Below, piece after piece: positions 58,848 to 64,000 of a DNA stretch of 64,000 nucleotides. The translations under genes were made by a program, and so were the position numbers. The notes beneath the pieces were generated by a model. It was not told where the DNA came from. It worked only from the letters and a program-made list of their open reading frames with translations, and searched no databases. Every line of letters begins with the position of its first letter. Position 1 is the stretch's first letter. Source of the stretch: Elusimicrobia bacterium GWA2_66_18 (GTDB lineage Bacteria > Elusimicrobiota > Elusimicrobia > UBA1565 > UBA9628); assembly GCA_001799675.1 (NCBI GenBank), contig MGTX01000032.1, forward strand, positions 42,405 through 106,404. Direction: 5' to 3'.

Positions 58848-60280
58848 GCGTGCCCGCGCGGCCGGCCGTGACGGACGCTTCCGATGCCGAGTTCTCGGCC
58901 AAGTCCGCGGCGGCGCGACGCGCCGGCCTCGTCTGGCGCCGGGCCGGCGTGACCCAGCGCGTCGCGGCCCTGCGCCGGGTCTGGCGTGAGGTCGCCTCTC
59001 GTCGTGCGCAGATCGTGGCGGTCGTGCGCGAGGAGACGGGCAAGCCCGCCGCTGAAGTCGAGCTCATGGAGATGGCGCCCTGCGGGCTTCTCGTCAAGCA
59101 TTTCACGGCCGAGGCGTCGCGCCTGCTCGACGAGAGGGCAGCCAAGCTCCCGTGGTTCCTCTTAAATAAACGCGCCGCGGTGCGGCGCGTGCCGCGGGGA
59201 GTGGTGGGGCTGATCTGCCCCTGGAACATGCCCTTCCTCATACCCTTCGGCGACGCCTTCGCCGCGATGCTCGCCGGCAACGCGGTCCTGCTCAAGCCCT
59301 CGGAGTGGACGACCAAGACTGCGCTGTGGCTGGAGGACGCGGTCGCCTCCACGGGACTGCTTCCCGAAGGCCTGTTCTCCGTGATCCCGGGGCTGGCCGC
59401 CACGGGCGAGCGCGTCATCGATGAAAGCGACATGGTCCTCTTCACGGGCTCGACGGCGACCGGCCGGATCGTAGCCGCGCGCGCGGCTTCCCAGCTTAAG
59501 CCCGTCGTTCTGGAGTTGGGGGGGAAGCATCCCATGATCGTCTGCGCCGACGCGCCGCTCGAGCGCGCCAGCGCGGCTGCCGTCTGGGCCTCCTGCGCCA
59601 ACGCGGGCCAGGTTTGCGTGGGCGTGGAGCGCGTGTTCGTCGAGGCCGCGTCCCACGACGAGTTCGTAGAGAAGGTCCGCGTGCGCTTGGCCGCCCTGCG
59701 CGTGGGCGCGGGCGACGGCTGCGACGTCGGCCGGCTCGTCTTTCCGCCGCTCCTGGACCGGGCCCAGGCCCAACTCGAGGACGCGCGTCGCAAGGGGGCC
59801 AAGGTCATCGGCGGCGAGATCCTCGACCGCGCGGGTCTGCTGATGGCGCCGGCCCTCGTCGTGGGCGCGAGCATGGACATGACCGTCATGACCGAGGAAA
59901 CTTTCGGCCCCGTTCTCCCCGTCATGAGGGTGGCGCGCGCCGAGGAGGCCGTGGTCCTGGCCAACGAAGGCCCCCAGGGCTTGGCGGCCAGCGTTTGGAG
60001 CGGCGATATCGAGCGGGCGGAGAACCTCTCCGCCCAGCTCGAGGTGGGACTTGTCGGCCTCAACGAGCCGGCCACGCATTACGCGGTCGGCTCTCTGCCG
60101 CTGGGCGGGATGAAGGCCAGCGGGATGTGGAGACGCCACGGAGACGAGGGACTGCTCGCCTTCACGCAGGCCCAGTCGGTCATGGTCCACGAGTGGCCGG
60201 CGGACATGTCGGACCCCTGGTGGTTTCCGTACGAGGAGCGCAAGACCTCGTTGCTGCGCAAGATCCTGGGATTGCCGTGA
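58844..60280 (+). CDS. Aldehyde dehydrogenase family protein
   Basis: PWNMP, KPSE, FTGS, LELGGK, NAGQVC, EETFGP. Confidence 0.95.
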   Translation: MSVPARPAVTDASDAEFSAKSAAARRAGLVWRRAGVTQRVAALRRVWREVASRRAQIVAVVREETGKPAAEVELMEMAPCGLLVKHFTAEASRLLDERAAKLPWFLLNKRAAVRRVPRGVVGLICPWNMPFLIPFGDAFAAMLAGNAVLLKPSEWTTKTALWLEDAVASTGLLPEGLFSVIPGLAATGERVIDESDMVLFTGSTATGRIVAARAASQLKPVVLELGGKHPMIVCADAPLERASAAAVWASCANAGQVCVGVERVFVEAASHDEFVEKVRVRLAALRVGAGDGCDVGRLVFPPLLDRAQAQLEDARRKGAKVIGGEILDRAGLLMAPALVVGASMDMTVMTEETFGPVLPVMRVARAEEAVVLANEGPQGLAASVWSGDIERAENLSAQLEVGLVGLNEPATHYAVGSLPLGGMKASGMWRRHGDEGLLAFTQAQSVMVHEWPADMSDPWWFPYEERKTSLLRKILGLP

Positions 60281-60304
60281 TCCTCATTTTGGTATAAAGA
60301 CCCC

Positions 60305-63300
60305 ATGTTCACGTTGCTTGCCGTCTGGGTCGGCATCGTCGCGGCGGCGGGAGAATCTCTCTCGGCCGCCGCGGATATCCGCCACGACATGGCGGTCTCC
60401 CTCTCCGTGCAGACAGGCTCCCTGGAACTCAGCGACCGGGTCACCCTGAGCGAGCTTGCCCCCTCCACGGCTGCGTTGCGCGCCTATCTGCACGCGGGCC
60501 TGAAGCTGTCGATGTCTTCCTCCGGGAGTCTCGACGTGCGCGTGAGTCCCGTGCGTGAGGGGCATCCGCGTTTTTCCGCGGAGGTCCCCCTCCAGGAGAT
60601 CGAGATCCGACCGAAGGGGGAGGAGAGTTGGCCCGCGGAGGCGCTCTTGACCTTCAAGGCCTCCGGCAAGCTGAGTCATCCCTTGCGGGCGGGCGGGGAG
60701 GATTATGCCCGCGGTTTCCAAGAGACGCCGGGCCTCATCTCCCCGGAAGGGGCGTATCTTTCGGGAGCGAGTTTCTTCTACCCCCGTTTTTTCATGGGAC
60801 CGGAGTTCTTCCGAATGGAGGTCCGGCTGCCCGCGGGCTGGAAATCGGTCAGCCAGGGCCGAAGGACGAGGGAGGAGGCGCAGGGAGGTGGCGTCGTTTC
60901 CGTTTGGGACTCGCCGGAGCCCATGGACGAGATCTACCTCATCGCCGCTCCCTTCTCCGAATACCGCAAGAGCGTCGGGAAGATCGAGGCCTATGCCATG
61001 CTCAGGAACGCGGACCCCGCGCTGGCGCAGAAATATCTGGACGCGACGGGCGGATATCTGGACCTCTACGGACGCCTCCTGGGCGACTACGTCTATCCCA
61101 AGTTCGCCCTGGTGGAGAATTTCTGGGAAACCGGCTACGGAATGCCCTCCTTCACCCTGCTCGGCCCCAAGGTGCTCCGCCTGCCTTTCATCCTCCATAC
61201 CTCCTATCCTCACGAGATCCTCCATAATTGGTGGGGCAACGGGGTCTTCGTGGATTACGAGCGCGGGAACTGGTGCGAGGGCCTGACCGCCTACCTGGCC
61301 GACCATCTGCTCAAGGAGGAGAAGGGCCTGGGCGAGCAATACCGCCGGGACGCGCTGGAAGGCTATCTCAACTACGTCCATTCCGGGAGTGATTTCCCTC
61401 TCGACCGCTTCAAGGAACGCCACTCCTCCGCCACCCAGGCCGTGGGCTACGGCAAGTCCCTCATGGTCTTCCATATGCTCAGGAGATCCATGGGAGATGA
61501 GGCCTTTCTGCGCGCGCTCAGGGCTTTCTACCAAGGGCATCGATTCCGCGCCGCGGGCTTCGACGACCTCCGGCCCTATTTCGAGAAGGCGTCGGGAAAG
61601 GATCTCGGCGGGTTCTTCCGACAATGGGTGCACCGCGCCGGGGCTCCCGAGATCGAACTGTCCGAGGCGCGCGTCGAGCGGACGCGGCAGGGACGCCGTC
61701 TGCGCTTGGAGGTCGCCCAGCTACAGGAGGGCGATGCCTTCCAACTCGACGTTCCGGTCGCGATTTCATTCGAGGGCGAGGGGGGCGTCGGCGAGACCCG
61801 CCTGCTGAGCGTGCCGATGTCGGAGAAACGGCAGACCCTGCTCATCGACGTTTCCTCTCCGCCGGCGGCCGTGCGGCTGGACCCGCGCTACGACCTTTTC
61901 CGCAAGCTGGACCGCGCGGAAACGCCGCCGACTATCGGCCAGACTCTGGGGGCTGAAAAGTCCGTCATCGTGATCGCCGAGAAGGAACCGGAGCCTTTAC
62001 AGGCCGCGTACCGGTCCCTGGCCGAGGCCTGGCGGGCCGAGAAACCCGGCGTCGTTTCCGTGCGCACGGACGCCGAGGCCGAAGGGCCGCTTCCGAAGGG
62101 CCGCGGCGTGTGGTTGCTCGGTCGATCGAACCGTTTCCGGGACGCCGTCTTGAAAGGGGGCGGCGGCCTCCCGGTTGATTTCAGCGAGGGCGGGGTGAGC
62201 CTGGAAGGTCGCCATTTCCCCTGGGAGGGGCATGGGTTCGTCGTTTCAGCCCGGCGGCCGGAGGACGCGGCTTTTTCCGCGACCTGGGTGGCGGCCGCGC
62301 AGGCGCAGGCTCTGCCCGCGCTGGCCCGCAAGCTGGTCCATTACGGGAAATACAGCTACCTGGCCTTCGAGGGAGAGAGGGCGGACAACGCGGCCAAAGG
62401 AGCCTGGCCCGCTCAGAGCCCCCGCCTCAGCCGCCGGTTCTCGCCGGCGGCGGCCCCCGTCCGCCTGGCTCCAAGCGAGCCGCTCACGAGGCGGATGGCA
62501 TTCAGTTCGGAACGCATGAAAGGCGACGTGCTGCGGCTTGCCTCGGCCGAAATGGAAGGGCGGGGGCTGGGCAGCGCGGGCCTCGATCAGGCGGCCGACT
62601 ATCTCGCCGGGCGCTTGCAGGAGGCGGGCCTCAAGCCTTGGAGCGCGAACTCGTACTTCCAGGAGTGGAGCGCAGAACTTTCGTCCGGTCCCGGTCGCGT
62701 CGCGCTCAAGAACGTGATCGGCATTCTCCCGGGCTCGGACCCGGGTCTTGCCGGCGAGTGGGTGCTCGTCTCGGCGCACTACGATCATCTGGGGCTGGGT
62801 TGGCCGGACGCCAGGCCCGGCGCCCAAGGCAGGCTCCACCCGGGGGCCGACGACAACGCGAGCGGGGTGTCCGCCCTCCTGGCCCTCGCGGAAACTTTCG
62901 GCCGCGGCGCCCTGCCCCGCGGCTTGATCTTCGCCGCCTTCACCGGCGAAGAAGCGGGACGGTTGGGATCAAGGCGCTTCGTCAAGGAAAACACAGGTTC
63001 GCCTTTGCGGGTCGTCGCCGCGGTCAATTTGGATACCGTGGGGCGGCTGGGCGGGCGCAAGCCCGTCGCGCTCGGGACGGGTTCCGCCCGCGAGTGGGCG
63101 CGCCTTATTGAGGAAGCGGGAAATGCGGCGGGCCAGGCCGCGGACGCGGTCGCCGAGGACCCGGGCGGAAGCGACCAGGTCAGCTTCGCCGAAGCGGGAA
63201 TCCCCGCTATCCAGCTTTTCGCGGGCCCGCATGAGGACTATCATCGCCCCAGCGACACGCCCGAGAAGCTCGACTACCAGGGCCTCTCGCGTATCGCGGC

Positions 63301-63658
63301 CCTGACCCGGGAGTTGCTCCAGCGCTTGGTCTCGGGGCCGGGGCTGACGTCCGCAGGCTTGGGCGCCGCCGGGCAGGCGTCCAGGCCGGCCGCCCGGAGG
63401 GTCTCCCTGGGGACGATTCCGGACTTCGTCTTCTCGGGGGAGGGCGCGCGGCTTTCCGGAGTGTCCGCCGGGTCGCCTGCCGAGAAGGCCGGGCTGCGGC
63501 CCGGGGACGTGATCGTCGCCCTGGGGGGTATGCCGGTGAAATCCCTCCGGGAGTTCTCCGGATTGCTCAAGGATCGGCGCCCGGGCGAGCTGATCGCCGT
63601 GGGTTATATCCGGGATGGCCGTCGGGAGGAGGCCTCCGCGACGCTGGAGGCGCGATGA
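60305..63658 (+). CDS. Exported M1 aminopeptidase + M28 peptidase + PDZ fusion
   Basis: HEILHNWWG...EGL; SAHYDH, GADDNASG, GEE, NLD, SDQ, YH..SD; C-terminal SPAEKAGLRPGD. Confidence 0.93.
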   Translation: MFTLLAVWVGIVAAAGESLSAAADIRHDMAVSLSVQTGSLELSDRVTLSELAPSTAALRAYLHAGLKLSMSSSGSLDVRVSPVREGHPRFSAEVPLQEIEIRPKGEESWPAEALLTFKASGKLSHPLRAGGEDYARGFQETPGLISPEGAYLSGASFFYPRFFMGPEFFRMEVRLPAGWKSVSQGRRTREEAQGGGVVSVWDSPEPMDEIYLIAAPFSEYRKSVGKIEAYAMLRNADPALAQKYLDATGGYLDLYGRLLGDYVYPKFALVENFWETGYGMPSFTLLGPKVLRLPFILHTSYPHEILHNWWGNGVFVDYERGNWCEGLTAYLADHLLKEEKGLGEQYRRDALEGYLNYVHSGSDFPLDRFKERHSSATQAVGYGKSLMVFHMLRRSMGDEAFLRALRAFYQGHRFRAAGFDDLRPYFEKASGKDLGGFFRQWVHRAGAPEIELSEARVERTRQGRRLRLEVAQLQEGDAFQLDVPVAISFEGEGGVGETRLLSVPMSEKRQTLLIDVSSPPAAVRLDPRYDLFRKLDRAETPPTIGQTLGAEKSVIVIAEKEPEPLQAAYRSLAEAWRAEKPGVVSVRTDAEAEGPLPKGRGVWLLGRSNRFRDAVLKGGGGLPVDFSEGGVSLEGRHFPWEGHGFVVSARRPEDAAFSATWVAAAQAQALPALARKLVHYGKYSYLAFEGERADNAAKGAWPAQSPRLSRRFSPAAAPVRLAPSEPLTRRMAFSSERMKGDVLRLASAEMEGRGLGSAGLDQAADYLAGRLQEAGLKPWSANSYFQEWSAELSSGPGRVALKNVIGILPGSDPGLAGEWVLVSAHYDHLGLGWPDARPGAQGRLHPGADDNASGVSALLALAETFGRGALPRGLIFAAFTGEEAGRLGSRRFVKENTGSPLRVVAAVNLDTVGRLGGRKPVALGTGSAREWARLIEEAGNAAGQAADAVAEDPGGSDQVSFAEAGIPAIQLFAGPHEDYHRPSDTPEKLDYQGLSRIAALTRELLQRLVSGPGLTSAGLGAAGQASRPAARRVSLGTIPDFVFSGEGARLSGVSAGSPAEKAGLRPGDVIVALGGMPVKSLREFSGLLKDRRPGELIAVGYIRDGRREEASATLEAR

Positions 63659-63660
63659 TG

Positions 63661-63999
63661 TTAGACCGAGACGATTAGGTCTTCGCGTCCGAGCGAGACC
63701 CTCAGCGTGCCGCCCCTCCGCGCCACGCGCGCCTCGGCGGCCTTGGCCATCTCATCGAGGTCGTCGTCGGTGTAGCGGTCGTCTTGGTGGACAAGGACCA
63801 ACTGCTTGATGTGGTTGCGCTCCGCGAAGTCCACGGCGGAGATGAAGCTGGAGTGTCCCAAGCTCTTATTGATCTTGTAGTCCTCTTCGGTATAGCGACC
63901 GTCGTGGAAGAGGAGGTCTGCGTCGCGGCAAAGGCCGCCCAGCTTCTCATCGTAGTCCTGGAGGGCGGTGGCCTCCTCGCCGTAGATTTCGCTGTCCGG
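63661..63999 (-). CDS. MBL-fold metallo-hydrolase, C-terminal part (5' end outside window)
   Basis: DSE...ADLLFHDGRY...GHSS...LVLVHQD. Confidence 0.8.
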   Translation of the reverse strand, partial: PDSEIYGEEATALQDYDEKLGGLCRDADLLFHDGRYTEEDYKINKSLGHSSFISAVDFAERNHIKQLVLVHQDDRYTDDDLDEMAKAAEARVARRGGTLRVSLGREDLIVSV

Positions 64000-64000
64000 G

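Overview
High-GC chromosomal window from a diderm bacterium; the gene style is compatible with Elusimicrobiota, but this is an impression and is not proven. The housekeeping backbone comprises ileS-lspA, rlmD, a Cu-type P1B ATPase, queF, thrS, gap-arginase-pgk-secG and four tRNAs (Leu-CAA, Val-GAC, Leu-GAG, Ala-GGC). It is interspersed with many secreted proteins and peptidases and a TPR/ExbB/ExbD/ExbD/TonB motor cluster. The main accessory element is a ~6 kb island (16494-22656) bounded by a 66-bp direct repeat. It holds a dead IS1182-type element and a three-gene operon: a stand-alone small YcaO-like enzyme, an orphan family-5 solute-binding protein and a membrane histidine kinase with two receiver-like domains. 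This layout suggests a synthase-receptor-kinase signalling cassette. A second decayed accessory zone (24.6-31 kb) contains a dockerin-like protein, an AAA+/DUF4143 ATPase, an NlpC/P60 remnant, a probable group II intron 5' fragment inside an integrase stub, and a small phage-like operon. Across the window many genes look leaderless (-10 box 6-8 nt before the start codon). A 16-bp palindrome sits at about -42/-43 upstream of several secreted-protein genes. All calls come from reading the sequence by eye, with no database searches.
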